DNA of 64,000 nucleotides. Source: Octopus sinensis. Lineage: Eukaryota. How positions within the stretch are numbered: position 1 is the first letter of the stretch; every line of letters starts with the position of its first letter. The DNA lies in assembly GCF_006345805.1 (NCBI RefSeq), contig NC_042999.1, forward strand, positions 55,924,001 to 55,988,000. Direction: 5' to 3'. The notes below the pieces were generated by a model. The model did no database searches, was not told the origin of the DNA, and saw nothing but the letters and a program-made list of their open reading frames with translations. A program made the position numbers and the translations under genes. Shown here piece after piece: positions 42,801 to 57,535 of this stretch.

Positions 42801-45800
42801 CAAAATTTTGAAGCTATTAGATAATGTATGATTAATTCAAAACAATGTGACTAAGCATTACATTTGACAGAGTAATCTAAATACTAAAGGATTAAACATT
42901 TGTTTGTTTGTTTGTTTTTGTGTGTGTGTGCATGCGTGCGCTCACGCGCATTGATGTCAAATCACGAGACAATTAAATTTCACACAAAATGTGCAGTCAA
43001 TATATATGTAAGTTCTCATTAAAATTCCTCCTCTAAAATGTTATATTTTTGGAAAGTTAAGATCAAACTTTTAAATGCCAGGGAAGATAATATTTATACT
43101 TCCAGTTTCACATTTAAATTTGTTTAGATGTCTATAATTATGCTCTATGAATTGGACCATTTATTTTGGTAATAATTTGAAATATATTTATAAATTAACA
43201 GCCCAACCTACAGAATATAAAACCTGAATATTTTAGAAATATAAACATATTTGATTTTTGTTTATTTAAAATATATGTTTCTTGTTACTACATCACAGCC
43301 TAAAAATATATTAGACATTTACCCAATCGGGCACAAGCTGGGTCAAAGCTGAACTATATGGTATACCGTATATAATAAACTAAATGAAACATGGTAATCT
43401 TATTAAACTGTCTTGAACCACACCAAATGAAACAGGTAGTCAAAATAAAAATATGCAAATGCCACAATATATTTATGAAAGACTAAATTAAGAAACCACA
43501 TTTTTAACTATATCACATATAGACTATTCATTTTTTTCTTTACATTTTATAATTTAAATCCTGAAATTTAAAAAAACAAATTTATATACTTACGTGTCAT
43601 ATTATACTTCAATACTTCAGGAGAAGGAGTTTCACTAATTTCATAAGGAGGCACAGCAATCTTTAACAGATCAGCAATAGCAGAAATAACTCCTCCAATG
43701 TCATCTTCAGCAGTTGCTTTCAAAGTGAGTGTCACAGATACTTGCTGTGTAAGATTTTTAAAGGGTCGAGCAAGACTTGATGACAATGTTGGCATTTTGG
43801 CTGATAGACTGTCCTTTTCTATTAACTTGCCACTTAAATCTGAATAGTTCTGAGTTTTCTCTCCTAAGCTAAATTCAGGCCAGCTGGAAACAAGATCCAT
43901 TTCTTTCTTGCATATAATTTTAGTATCTAAATCTGATGATAATTTATTTTCTTCTTTAACTGATGTGATACATGGACGAACTGGGATGGGCTGAATAAGA
44001 GGCAAAATAGGGGAAGATGTTTCCCGAACAGCTGGATCTATAGGACGTAAAGCTGGAAAATCATCTCCTTCAAGAACAGTTTCAGGGGAAGATGAAGATA
44101 TTATTGTATCTGGACTATCACTTGATCTAAAATAAAATTTTTAAAATATTACAAAAAGTCAATTAACTAAAAATACTTATATTAAATAATTATATTAAAA
44201 TAGTTATATTAAAATTCATTAATTTCATTATGAAATAACAGACTTTCTTATAATGAAAAATATTTATAAATAGAACAGAATTACCTGGAAGGATGGTCAA
44301 GTCTTGGCTCTATGAGTGGTGGAGGTGGTAATACAGGTGTATATTTAGGATAGTTAAGTCCAACCACAGAGGTATTTCCTGCTTGTAACCAATCACTAGT
44401 GTTTTTATTGGCTGATGCAGTAACTCCAGTGTTGCCAGGTGCTGTCACAGTACCTCCAGCATTCACACCTGCTCTGGCTGCTGCAGCTGCTGCTACTTGT
44501 TCTGTAGTGAGATGATATCTTTGTTGTTCTGTTACAGGAGCTGTAAATTATTCAATTTCGTTTCAAATGCTAAACAAATTATCAAACAATCTTAAGAGAA
44601 CAGCAGTATTTTAGAATTACCATAAACCCAAAGAATAAATAAATTTTTTAAAGTTGAAATTTCAATTTAACATGTTAAAATAAGTATGCATTAAATTTTT
44701 TTCCTAACTTCTATTAATCAGATTTTCTGCAATTTAAATATGATACAAATGACAAAATCTAATACATAATGATATTAAAAACAAACATTTTGCAACTTTA
44801 TCACTGTCAATGATAAAGTGAATATATTTGTAGCATTAAAAAAAAATTCCAATTAAGAAAAAAAAAAATCAGATATGAAGCAAGAAATTTAATTGAATGC
44901 TTTTTATCTTAATAGGTATGTTTAAAACAGTAGAGTGCAAAAGGCAGCACACTAAAAGCCTTAACAGCATTTAGCTTAAACCCTTTGGTTCCCATGAGGG
45001 AATCTCTTCAGGGTCGAGGAAAGAAGTTCCAGTCACCCTCTCACTTCACTAAAGTGATTTTTCTAAGGCTAGGATAAATAATGATAAATTATCTTTATAA
45101 TGATTTCCTTTTAAATCATTTAGACTTTTACTGCTATTTGATCAAGATTAGATGCTCTTCTTTTCTCTTACTAGAAAAGAAGGGAGATTAGCTTACCTTT
45201 TAATGGAAAGCTGAAGCAGGCTGACTTTGCTAAAAGTTATGCAAGAAATGGGATCAATGTTAGCAAAATAGAAGTATATCAACCTGATACAAGTTCCTAG
45301 AAATAGTTTTAGCTATGCTTATATTCGTAAATGAAGCCAGTCCTAATCCAAGCTAAATGATTCAAAGGTACAGATTGTATTCTCTCATTTATTCATACAA
45401 TTTTCAGCTTTATGTATCATTATCAGTAGCATTTTACATGTTTTTCACACCATCTTTCTCTCTCTATAAGATTAATAGGGTAACATATTTAAAATTATCA
45501 TTATGCAAAAATATTATCATGTAACTAGAAGAAATCTAATTTGATCAGGCTCTTAATATCAAGCAACAATATGGTCGTGTGAGATCAACACGTTTGCTCC
45601 TCTCTCACTCTCTTTTTATAGAAAAAAGAAAGCATTCCACTCCATTGTAAATATTATTCATGCCTAAACTTACAAAATGTTTCTTTTGTTTGTTTTTTCA
45701 ATACAAATGAATTACAACTAACAATAAGTAAACATAAACTTCATTTAAATTTCTTCATTACACTGTAAACTGTCATTAATAAGGAAAAAAATTATAAATC

Positions 45801-48800
45801 TTTGAGAGCTTACTGCAAGAAGTAAAGAGATACTGAAAATATTACATTTCACAATAACATTTAAAGAATATTAATATCATACAATTCATACAATTAGTAA
45901 AGTTATATTAAAAGATAAAGGAAACACTGATTTATATGTAATGAGGAGAAATGATGCATTGCAAAAATTTCTGTATGTGTGTGTGTTCATGATCACATCT
46001 GTAAAGATATGATGAACTGACTGTTACAACATACATGACAAGAATGGTTAAACTGAATTATTACTGGAATTGATACCTATTAAATAGTTTCCTTTATCTT
46101 CTATTTTTTATTAAAAAAAAAGCTCAGATTTTCAAAATATTTTCAAAGGATGGGGCATGAAGTGGTAAATATGAAATACAATCAAACACACAATTTAATG
46201 TAATCAAAATAGCTGACAACCTAGCAACAACTTAATTCCTATAAATGGCAACAAAGCATATAAGAAAAAAGAGATTAGTTAGTGTAATCTGGAGATTAGT
46301 TGAAAGCAATTTCCAATTCTATCTCAAAAAGTATACGTATAGGTAACAATTTAAGCAGTTAAAAAATATCAATTAGACTTAAATTGTATTTTTTAGTAAG
46401 TGATCCATAATTCCATGAAGTTACAAAATAGCAAAAATATGTTTAAATCATGTTCAATTTGAATATAATCATGGCCACTTATAAGTATCATTTTGGCTAA
46501 ACTCCTAAAAAATAATTACTTTTAATCAAATAATCAAATCATACAACTTTTTCCAACTAGCATGACATGAATTATTACACTAAATATAATGCATGCATGT
46601 ATTGTTATGAAAGAATATGTGCTTATTTCCAAATGATTTTTCCAAACAAAACCTGTTTAAAATTTCTACAGTAATTAGCTACAGTTCAAAGTAATTAAAT
46701 TAATTCATTTTTTAGATTTCAAACTTAATTAAAAATATATATATATTTCTTTCAAAATATGTATTTGTAAAAATAAACTGCATTGCCACAGAGAGGTAAT
46801 TAGAGACAAAGATAACTGCATCACTCAGATAACTAAAATTTATAATCAATAACATTAAGTAGAAACACAAACCAATTAATTTTACTTCAAAGTAAACCTA
46901 TAATGAGAAAACTCTTCAAAAATCTTATATTGACCTACAAACGCTTAAAGTAACCTATAGTAAACAAAATAATATGAAATTGTAGGAAAAGTAATAGAGA
47001 CTAAAGCTATTAAAGCCACTTTATTAATGCTTAAAAAACTGACACCACAAATAGTTGACATTAATAAAGGATAAGACCAGAAATAAAAGACCATTATATA
47101 GAGGTAAAAATCTACAACAGAAGTAGCTAAATATTTAAGAACAGAAGTTTAAGTTATTCGTTACTGAAACACCACAATTTTATATAACATTCTATAGAAT
47201 AATTATAGTTACAAATAACCTTTTAAAAGCACACAATTATATTAATTTGTTAAAATTTAATTCAAAATAAATTTTTCAAATGTTATTGAAAAAATGAAAT
47301 TTTAAAATATTAATAAATTAATAATAGGTGTATGTAGTAAGCCTATTGAAATTTCCTTTAAACAATAACTGCCCAACTTATTTTATAGCAAATGATTTGA
47401 TAAGTACTATGACTAAATGCAAATAGTTTTACATGATACTTTGATATTTACTAATACGTTAAAAAAATATCTTGCTTCAGCCATGACCAAAGCCAGAAGG
47501 TTAGAACTACTAAAAGAGTAACAGACTAATCAATGTCTCATTTTTGTTGTAACTGTATTGGTTTAACAATCATTATAATACTTCTGGGTAGGTATTACAC
47601 ACACATTTGCTCAAACAACTGACAAGTTTCAAATATAGATAAAACTTTATATCGTATTTAATTATCTTAAAGAGACTTCTTTCAAAAAAGCAGAAATCAG
47701 TTTCCCTGCAAGAACGTAAAGATAATACCTAACATCATAAAAATTAAAATATCAAATACAATGTTTTTGAAATTAAAATGTTTTAATTTTTTTTCTATTT
47801 ATATAGTTTTACTTAAATATTGAACAGATTAGTATCTATGAAAGCATATTAAAAGACATGCAATTTTAAAATATTACTATTTGACCTTTAATTTATGTTT
47901 ATATTGACCATAACAGATTGATTCTGAAAATACACACTGAAGTAACTAAATCCAGATTGCTAGTTTCTTAAACAACTTTTGACTATCTGGAACTACTTAC
48001 TATATCATTTTAAAAAACTAATGTCAACTTATTAGACTAGTAAAGCCATTGTTCCTGCATGTTGGAATAAGATAGGCTCTGGCTATCCTCCCTACACCAA
48101 AGAGAAATGTACACATCAGGAAAAAGTAGGGCTATAATAATATCGATAATTCTGTTTGATTTTGCAATATTGGTTAAAATGTCACTTAAGAAACTATTAG
48201 AACTAATTTGTTGGTTTAATAATGTTAAGCTTTAACCAAGATGCTCTTTAAAATCCAATTGTTCATCAGCATGCATCAGATCATGCCAGTTGGAAAAGCT
48301 AAGAAGAGAACCTGGATACTGCTTGTGTTCACCATCACTGAGGAACTTTCGCCGAGCTAGGATGTCACTATTAGGCATAGGAGGTAGAATTTGGGGTATC
48401 TGAGCTAAGCTACCATGGCTGTGTGAAGTTGTGCTGCCATAGAAATCAACCGCACCTTCCAAATATCCAGCACCATAGGACCCTGATAAACGATTTTCAT
48501 CTGAAAATTGAACAAAAGAAAGATCATATAAAAGCTGTTGACAAAAAAGAATTTAGTTACATTAATGTATACAGAATACTAATTACTAAAAATATTTTTC
48601 TTTCTTTCTTTTTCTTTTTTTCTCAAAGAATTCCTGGATTACTGATAACAATCCTTAAATATAACATTTGTTTGTCTGTATACATTTATAAGTATCACAA
48701 TAATGAAAGATAAAGAAGAGGAAGTTTGGTAACAGTTTTGTTTCCTTGTCTAGACAATACTGCATTTACAGTAGGAGAAAATTCAATAAGAGTTGTTATT

Positions 48801-51800
48801 ATCATACAGAAGATGCCATCACTTTTTTGCTCTGTTTTAGTGATAATTTCTTTGATGATATTGAAGAATCATGGCTGATATAATTTAAAGAAGCAAGCCC
48901 ATTCATATCAATGTACATAATAATCATTCCATTTTTAAACATTCATATCCACTGATTTATGATACTATAAAAAATTTAATGTAAAAACTACAAAATGCAA
49001 TATCATAGCAGAATCCATATTTGAAAAAAAATAAAATAAAATAAAAAAAATAAAGAAATTTCTATTGAAAAAACTTACCACTGAAGTAACCAACAACTGG
49101 ACAGATATGATGATTAATATTCACAGTTGGTTCTTGTAAGGATACCATTGGCATATTTTTTAACTGGGCCATGAAGGAATCTATGTAAGTATCATAATCT
49201 TCAGAGCTTTTAGACTTTTTTGCTCTTTTTTTGGGTCCTTGCCCTTCACTTTCTTTTTTCTGGGACTTTTTCCTTTTTTCTTTCATTCCAAATTCAGAAA
49301 TTATCTTTTTCTTTCCCTTTTTGTCTTCTTCAACAATGCATTTTTTCTTTTCTTTTTTCTTTTTCAGTGCAACTTCCTGTTTCCGCTTCTCTGCAAATAA
49401 TACAATTTCATTTCATTCTCTTTTACTCAAGTGAAAAGTAATACTCAAATTTAATTTATTATAAGAGACGCTCCAATATATTATACATATTCAGGTATGA
49501 TCACCTATATGCATCTGACTACCTCCAACTCATGTTTATATCCATCTCACTCTTCCCTCCTACCCACCCTTGCTGATTCACATTCTGGGACATGTTACCT
49601 CGAGGGTACATGCTGCCACCATGTCACCACAAGACATGGTACCCCAACCTCTTAGATCTTGTCAAACCATCCAACCCATGCCATCATGGAAAATGGACAT
49701 AAAAATGACAATAGTGGCGATAGTGATAATAACGACAACTTGATTTACCTCTATTTCTCTGCTCGTAATATTCCTATTCCACCCACCCTAATACTATTAC
49801 CTACTCAGAAAACTTTGAACCTCATTTTCTTCTCCATGACAAGTTTTTCTGAGGCTTCTTCCACAGTATGCATTTATTTGTTTCCATTCCTGATATCAAT
49901 TCTGCTGTCTTTTGTTTATATGTGCTTGGGTAAGTAACTAGAAGAAAAAGTACTTAGTAGACATAGAGCTCATTTATTCATTTGAAGCTTATGTGTAACT
50001 CTGTTACTCAAAGTAGCAATAGAGTCAAACCTCAGCTACAAATGAATGAAATAAACTATTACAAGGAGTAAGTGCCCTCTCACACCTCTTTGTTTGCTTA
50101 AAAACGTTTATAAGATCTAATGCAATAATATGGAAAGTTGGATATGAGAAGTATGTTAAGGACAGATTACTGTGCAATATAGGTAAATGACAGATGCTGG
50201 GGGGGGGGGCTTTTCTAAGAGAGACAGAATAAGAACTAACAGTGTGTGACAATATTTGTCCTCAGAGACAAGATGTCTTTTACAAAAAAATACAAGACCC
50301 ATTCCACACATACTAGCCAAGGAAACACAAAATAATGAGGATGTGATGACAGTAAAATAGAGTGACACATACACTGTAATTTATAGTTGAAGAATAACAG
50401 ATATATGAAAAAAAACAATATCATAAATAGTGAAATTCTACAGGAAAGTAGCAAAAAAGAAAAAAAGTTGTAGCAAATGTAATTAAATATTAATTCAAAG
50501 TAGAATGATTGTTCACAATATTTTGACTCTAAGCTTCTTTAGTGTTTGGTGAAAATAGATGTATTTTAACATACCTGTCCAATAAAGTCACTTCCTTGGT
50601 CTTTTGTGTCATAACCATTACTTATAGTAAAACAAATAGATGTTGATTACATTACATCTTAATAATTCTTACCCCATAACTTAGCCTGTTCTTCAACATT
50701 CAAGTTGCAATACTCAGCACTTTCTTCATTAATCACAGTTTCTTTACATAGGGGCATGTTGTCAATGAGTTCCAGCTGACGCAGCTGATCTGGAGTCAAG
50801 GAGCTGTCTTCATCAGCTTCCTACAATTTTAATAATACATTTAATTAAATCATTTCTAAACATACAAATTATCATATAAATTATTAAACAAATGTTAATA
50901 GATTAAATACAGAAATAAATATATCATAACTGAATGTAATTATTTACAAAATGCATTTCTGAAGTAATTTCAATTTTAGATTCCATTCTATTAAAATTTT
51001 TAAATATTTGACTTTTCTTTCACCTCACATCTGATTTCTTTGCTATTTTGTTTGAAGCATGGTTTAGAGAATTTGAAAAAGGTTAAGAACAAATAGATTT
51101 AACATATTACAGTAGTTCTGACTATCTACCATCTCATAGTCATCAATATCATTTTTCACTTGTTTATGGCAGTGATGTTAACATAAAGAGTAGACAGACA
51201 AATTGAGTGTTTAATGGTATATAATTTAGTAGCACGTGATTGTAACTAAACTTACTTCAACTATTGTTCAGTTAATAATATACATAAGTCGTTGTTTCAA
51301 TTAACCATGATCTTTCTATTTCCATCTCAAATAGTTTACTTTTAAAGTTCAATTTCCAGTACCAAATAGTCTAAACTGTGAGCAGTATTCAAGCTCTTCA
51401 ACTTTAACCCAATCTTATATATTTTTAACTTCTACAACTCTTGGTTAACTTTACAAATAAACTACGGTATTTTCGTGCATACTCATTTAAGAAAACTCAG
51501 TTCTGGAAGTTTCTGAAAGTTAGACGAGAAAACAAAAATTTAGTGGGCCTCTAGTTGAATTTACACAATAAAAGTTAAGCAACTAGTCACATACCTCAGT
51601 GCGACTGCTGGCTGATGGAGTAGTTCTAGTAGGAGCCTGAACAGCTGCACTACTATTCACTGTTGCAACCACTGCAGCTGCAGCTGCAACAGCACTTGTA
51701 GGATTATGAGCTGATGAAGCCAGCAACTGCTTCAGTAGCACGTTCTGGTTACCCTTTGAATCAACAATGCTTGCAACAGCATCAATCTCACTCTTTACTT

Positions 51801-54800
51801 CACATTTATCTACAAAAAATTGATTTTAATGAAATTACAAATAAAAATTGGGCATTACATTCCATCTGAATACAAAATGGAAATGACCAAACACAGACAT
51901 ATAAAATGTATGAAGAATTTGATAAATAAATTACTATTTTAAGCAAATTAATATTAAAACTTAAAATTGTAAATTGATTGGCATAATATAATTTAGATGT
52001 AACAACTTCTGAAAGCAACATACCAGGTAAAGAAACCACATCTTCAGGTTCCTTTTTAATGTTAAATGTTGACACATGTGAGGCAGCTTGTTGCTGCTGC
52101 ATGTGGACATGAGAAAGTGTAGTAATTGGTAAACTGGATCCAACTGAAGTATTTGTTGCTGAAACATCAACACCAAGATGATGCATAGGAACACCTAGTG
52201 ATGAAATAAAGAGTGAGAAAATAAAGAGAAATAAACTTTGTGTCAGATAATTCATAGCCATAAAACAAATATTAACACTATTATTATGAATACATACAGA
52301 ACTAGAAATAAGAAAATGACATACCTGTATTTCCTATATATTTTTTATTGCTTTAAATCTTACTACCAAAACTCATCAAAGCATTACGTAATTTAGCCTT
52401 TCTACATGTTATTCTATAAACTGCATTTATTTTCCATAATAGCAAATATCAATTAACAAATTATGACACTTTTTCTCATGAACATCTTACTTTAGATTAC
52501 ATAAAAATAATCTACAAAGTCAAAATATATATAAAAATGTAAACTGTAAGATAGTAGAATATGAAATCTCATAAGAGAATTAATTTAAAATCATCATTTT
52601 AGAGTATATTGCATAAACAAAATATTTTTAATTGGCGAACAGAAAATACTTTGTAGAGAAATTTCATACAGAAGGTTTGTTTCAAATATTAGATATAATA
52701 AAACATGCTTAAAGTAAAACTGTACAAGAGGGATTCAAATATTATAATACCCAATCATGTTAACAACAACAACAACAACAAAAACAACAACAATTAAAAA
52801 GATGAAGCCCTCTGGAATATTTCTAATCAAAAGTGGGAAAATTTGAATTTTAGAGGACAACTCTCAATTGGGTATGTAAATCTAAATGGCTAGCCAGTCC
52901 ATTTCAGGCAATATATATATATATATCAATTTCACAGACCCTTATACTAAGATTTCTAAATTTATTTTCTTCTTTGCAGTCAACTGACTGAAAAAAAAGA
53001 AAACAAATGAAATTTGTATTAGTCTCTGGTATTTTTAGTTATAATTCTTGAAGTGAAAACTTTAGAAAGTCCAATATATTACAAATATCAAATATCTATC
53101 TACTTTGTGTTTCTGAGCCATCACTTACAAGTCATAAAATCCAATTATAATACTATGGTTAATATGGCAAAAAAGGCCGAATTTTCAAGTGGTAAAATAA
53201 CTAACCTTTGTTAATGGAATCTTTGGTGTATGCCTCAGATCCAGTAGGATTAACAAAACTCCTCACATTAGTACTGCTAATCCGCTGTCCATCCAAAGAT
53301 AAATTGGAAGTGGAAGAAAAAGATGAAGATTGTGGAAAGTTAGACACTGTTAAGCCCTCTTTAGAATCCACTTCTTGCCCATTGTTAGATTGTTGTGAGG
53401 TATGTAAAACTTGAGGAGATGATGGAACTGCTGGTGGAGAATGTTCAGGAAGTGGAGGTGGTGGTGGAGGAGGGGGAGGAGGTAGTGGTGGTAATGGTGG
53501 GGGTGGTGATTTGGGCAGAGGAGGCGCCAAAGATGACATTAATGATGTGATGGTTGTAGGAACAACTGGCTGAATGGCAGAATTTGTTGCTTGTTGTCCA
53601 AGGTTTTGCTGCTGGAATTGTTGTGAGTATTGGCCAGATGCTTGAGGGACAGTTAAATTGGATTCTGGAACCATAGTGTTAGTTGCTGGAGACTGACGGT
53701 TACTAGATGCCAGAGCTTTTCCAGAATTTTTCCCACCATTGTGTTGCTGTTGCTGCTGCTGTTTCGCTTGCTCCTCTTTTTGAAGTTGCACATTAGTATA
53801 CAAAATTTCAATTATTCTTCGATCTGTTTCAGATTGAGGTTTAAAATTTAAATCCATTGGCGGTTTGAAAGGCTTTGCTGATCCTGATGAGTTCCCATTG
53901 CCAATTCCAGATGTATTTCCAAGAGTTTGTCCAATTCCTAAGGCAAGCAAATATATCAGGTCTTGAAATTTTTAGATATAAAAATCACTTTAGAGCTAAC
54001 TTAGGTCACAGAAAAAAAAGAAAAAAAACTTTAAAATGAGATGAAATTCTAATGTTGAATGAAAATATAAACTATATCTGTTGAGTGCATGCAGAAAATT
54101 AAAAAAAAAAATTTAATCAAAAAAATGTTCACAAAGCATCTGAAGGGAGAAATCTTAATGAAAATATTTAAGTAAAATATATTTGAACATGGCTCAAATT
54201 TTTGTTTGTTCAAAACTGAAGTTACTGTAATAAATGAATAAAAAAAATGTATGCTGAAATGAGTACATTCAAATATACTTGAGTAGAATATATTTATATA
54301 AGAGTGTTCATAGCATTATTTCCTTTCATTTTGAATATTTCTCTTAGAGTAAATATAAGTGTAAAAAAAAATTCTAAATAAAATCTACCCCCACACAACT
54401 AATTCATCAGATACAGCAACTATGTTATTTAGTTCAAATACTTGAAATTAAAGAAACAATTTCATCATCATTGTCTTCAACATATTGTCCACTTTTCCAT
54501 GCTTGCATGGGTCAGACAGAATTTGTTGAGGCAGATTTTCTGCAGCGTGATGCCCTTCTTACTGCCAACCACGATGGTTTCCAAGCAAATTAATATTTCT
54601 CCACAACCAGACACATTTTCATGGAAGACTGGAAACAAATGGCACTGACTGTATGATGGTGATGCAAGTTTACAACTATAAGACAAAGAAATGCAAACAC
54701 ACATATATACATGACAGGCTTCTTTCAGTTTCTGTCAACCAAATCTACTCACAATGCTTTGTTTGACTATAACAGAAGACACTTGCCCAAGATGCCATGC

Positions 54801-55317
54801 AATGCAACTGACTCCTAAAACCAGATGGTTGGGGGAGTCAACTTCTTAACCACATAGCTATGCTAATATTTAAAAACCAAAACTGAATCAAAAGGTTATT
54901 AACCAAAATAAGGCAAAGTAACTGCTTCTGCAAAATAAGATATGGGATATTTATTACTCTCTTAACTGATTGTCTAGGTTCAAACCATAAATTCTTTATT
55001 TCATTAGTTTAAAGGGTTTTCTGAATACATTAATACTATCAATCAATAATCTGAAATGCCTTTAGTAATGGCACGCTCACAAAACAATTATTAAAAAAAT
55101 AATAAGGAAGTTGTAGGTGTTCCACAAAAACATGTTACACAATATCTGTGACCATAGGCACAGGCGTAGCTGTGTGGTAAGAAGTTTACTTCCCAACTAC
55201 ATGGTTCTGGGGTCAGTCCCACTGTGTGCAGCTACGGGCAAGTGTCTTCTACTATAGCCTCAGGCTAACCAAAGCTTTGTGAGTGGATTTGGTAAACAGA
55301 AACTGAAAGAAGCTCGT

Positions 55318-55357
<40 letters not shown>

Positions 55358-57491
55358 TTTGTGCCTGTGATTGCTCCTTACTACTGCTTGAGAATGAGTG
55401 TTGGTGTATTTATGTCCCTGTCACTTAGTTCAGCAAAATGAAACCAATAGAAGAAGTATCAGGCTTTAAAAACAAAGTAAGTACTAGGGTAAATTCATTC
55501 AACTAAAAAATTCTTCAGGGCAGTGCCAGCATGGCTACAATCTAAAGATTAAAAAAAGTAAAAGATACAAGATCTAACTAATAGGATGAACTTATATGGC
55601 AAAGGGGGTCAACTGCTGGAAAATCTATAGCAAGAATATATTGCAAAAGAATTTTTTCAAGGATGCTAGAGAGGAGATATGGCAGTACACTAATTACTTG
55701 GTTATGAAACATGGTCGCATATATGCACCTCTATCTGAATATTGGATAAAACTAAAAGATCAGTAACAAATGTATGCATTTAGAGAGTTTTAGGGGTTAT
55801 GTGTACTTTTAAGTTAATGATTTCAATTTATAGTCATTTTTCTTTGTGCCATGTTCAAATATTTTGTGATGCTTTCAACAATCACATCTTCTAAAGTAGG
55901 ATGCTTCTTTTAGAAATGCTTACTTCACTGCAAAATGACTATCTAAAAGATAAAAAAATGTCTAAAGAGTCAAAGTGTTCTTCATAAAGACAAAACACAA
56001 TAGTTTTGGAAAAGTGAAAATTTAGTCTACTCGACCATCATTTATCACATGCTTACATGCAATTTAAAATCATATCCATGAATTAGTATTAATCAAGAAT
56101 ATGATGGAAAAGATTATTCAATGAGAATAAATTATTAATTGCGAAGTAAAAAAATGTAAAATTTTAATGTTTTTGCTGTACTTTTTACATCAAAGGCCAA
56201 TTTTAAATTGAATGGAAGAATGGAATAGATATGGAAATGAAATTAAAGCATTGCTGTCAAATCATAGGCATTTTGTTAAAGAACTAGGGAGGGAGGTCAG
56301 TCATTATATAGCCCCAATTTTTATATAAAATGAAACTGAAATATACTTTTAAAATGTACATATATTTCTTTGAAGGTGATGATTTACTCCTTTACTGCTC
56401 TAGAGTTTCTCATCACATTCAAATGAAAAAGCAATTAAAAAGAAGATTCATCATTTAATTGCCTGAAGGATCACAAATGGCACAAGACTCCAATAACTGA
56501 GTGAACCATCAATTGCAAATGAATAAGTAAACTCTGCTATGTGTATTGTGTATTGGACTGCCGATAAAAATTGTGTAGAAGAATAATTCTATTCTTTTAA
56601 AATGAACTGGCTTTTATGAAATAGGGGTGGAGGGAGAAGGAGGGTTTTTTTTGTTTGGCTTCATAAATAAATACATTTCATATCTTCACAACTCTTAGAG
56701 TTTTAATTTTAGCAATGGGGAAAGGTAACATAGCTTATACTGTACAATAAACGTAAGAAATAAAGATAAAGGTTATAAAAATAAACTTTTGAGTTCTTAT
56801 TCAAAAAATTAGAATATTTGATGCTTTATTAATTAATGATTAATTGCTATTTTTCAGAGATACATTAAATGATACATAAATATATAGCAAAAGGAGGAAA
56901 TCAACAGCAAACTTAATTTACAACCATAAACTTGTTTTCAAAACTTTTCACCTTCAAAATGTTTTTATGTAATGTTCTCAAAAACTTCAATTATAAAGGA
57001 ATGGTACATATTTTGAAACATATGAATTAATGAAATAATTATCACTATAATTCATATTTTAAGTTAAACACACTTTAGAATTATCAATTCACTTACTTTA
57101 AAATATAATCAAAGAAAAAGTGTATCGAGGAAACATATGTTAAGGATTTATTTAAAATATATTTAATTACTTATGTGTTTTTTATCTGTCAAAATTCAAT
57201 TTTTAAAAATTTAGTAGAATTATATTTATCATATTCTAAAATTTTCAAACTGAAATCATGTATAATTCAGCAATATAAGCACCAATAAGGGATCAAATAG
57301 CAACTGTTTCTTAATCATTTTAAAAGACTCCAAGTTAGTCTGACACAATAAAAAAAAATACTAGTTATTAAATAACAAAATAAAAATTAGTTTTAAAAAG
57401 AAGAAATAACAAAAGACAATGAAGGTTGAGATTTTCATGTTGAAAGAAAAGCAGTGGGAGGCAAAAGCAGCAGGAAAGGAATATAAATTCA

Positions 57492-57535
<44 letters not shown>

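Noticed and set aside
44980-45070. GC-richer patch with a short open frame in a KMT2C intron
   Set aside because: No acceptor/donor pair gives a stop-free phase-1 exon
50575-50620. Possible extra KMT2C exon ending at a strong ACAG|gtatgt donor
   Set aside because: 46 nt, frame-breaking, with only a 52-nt upstream intron; the donor at 50673 already gives the correct phase
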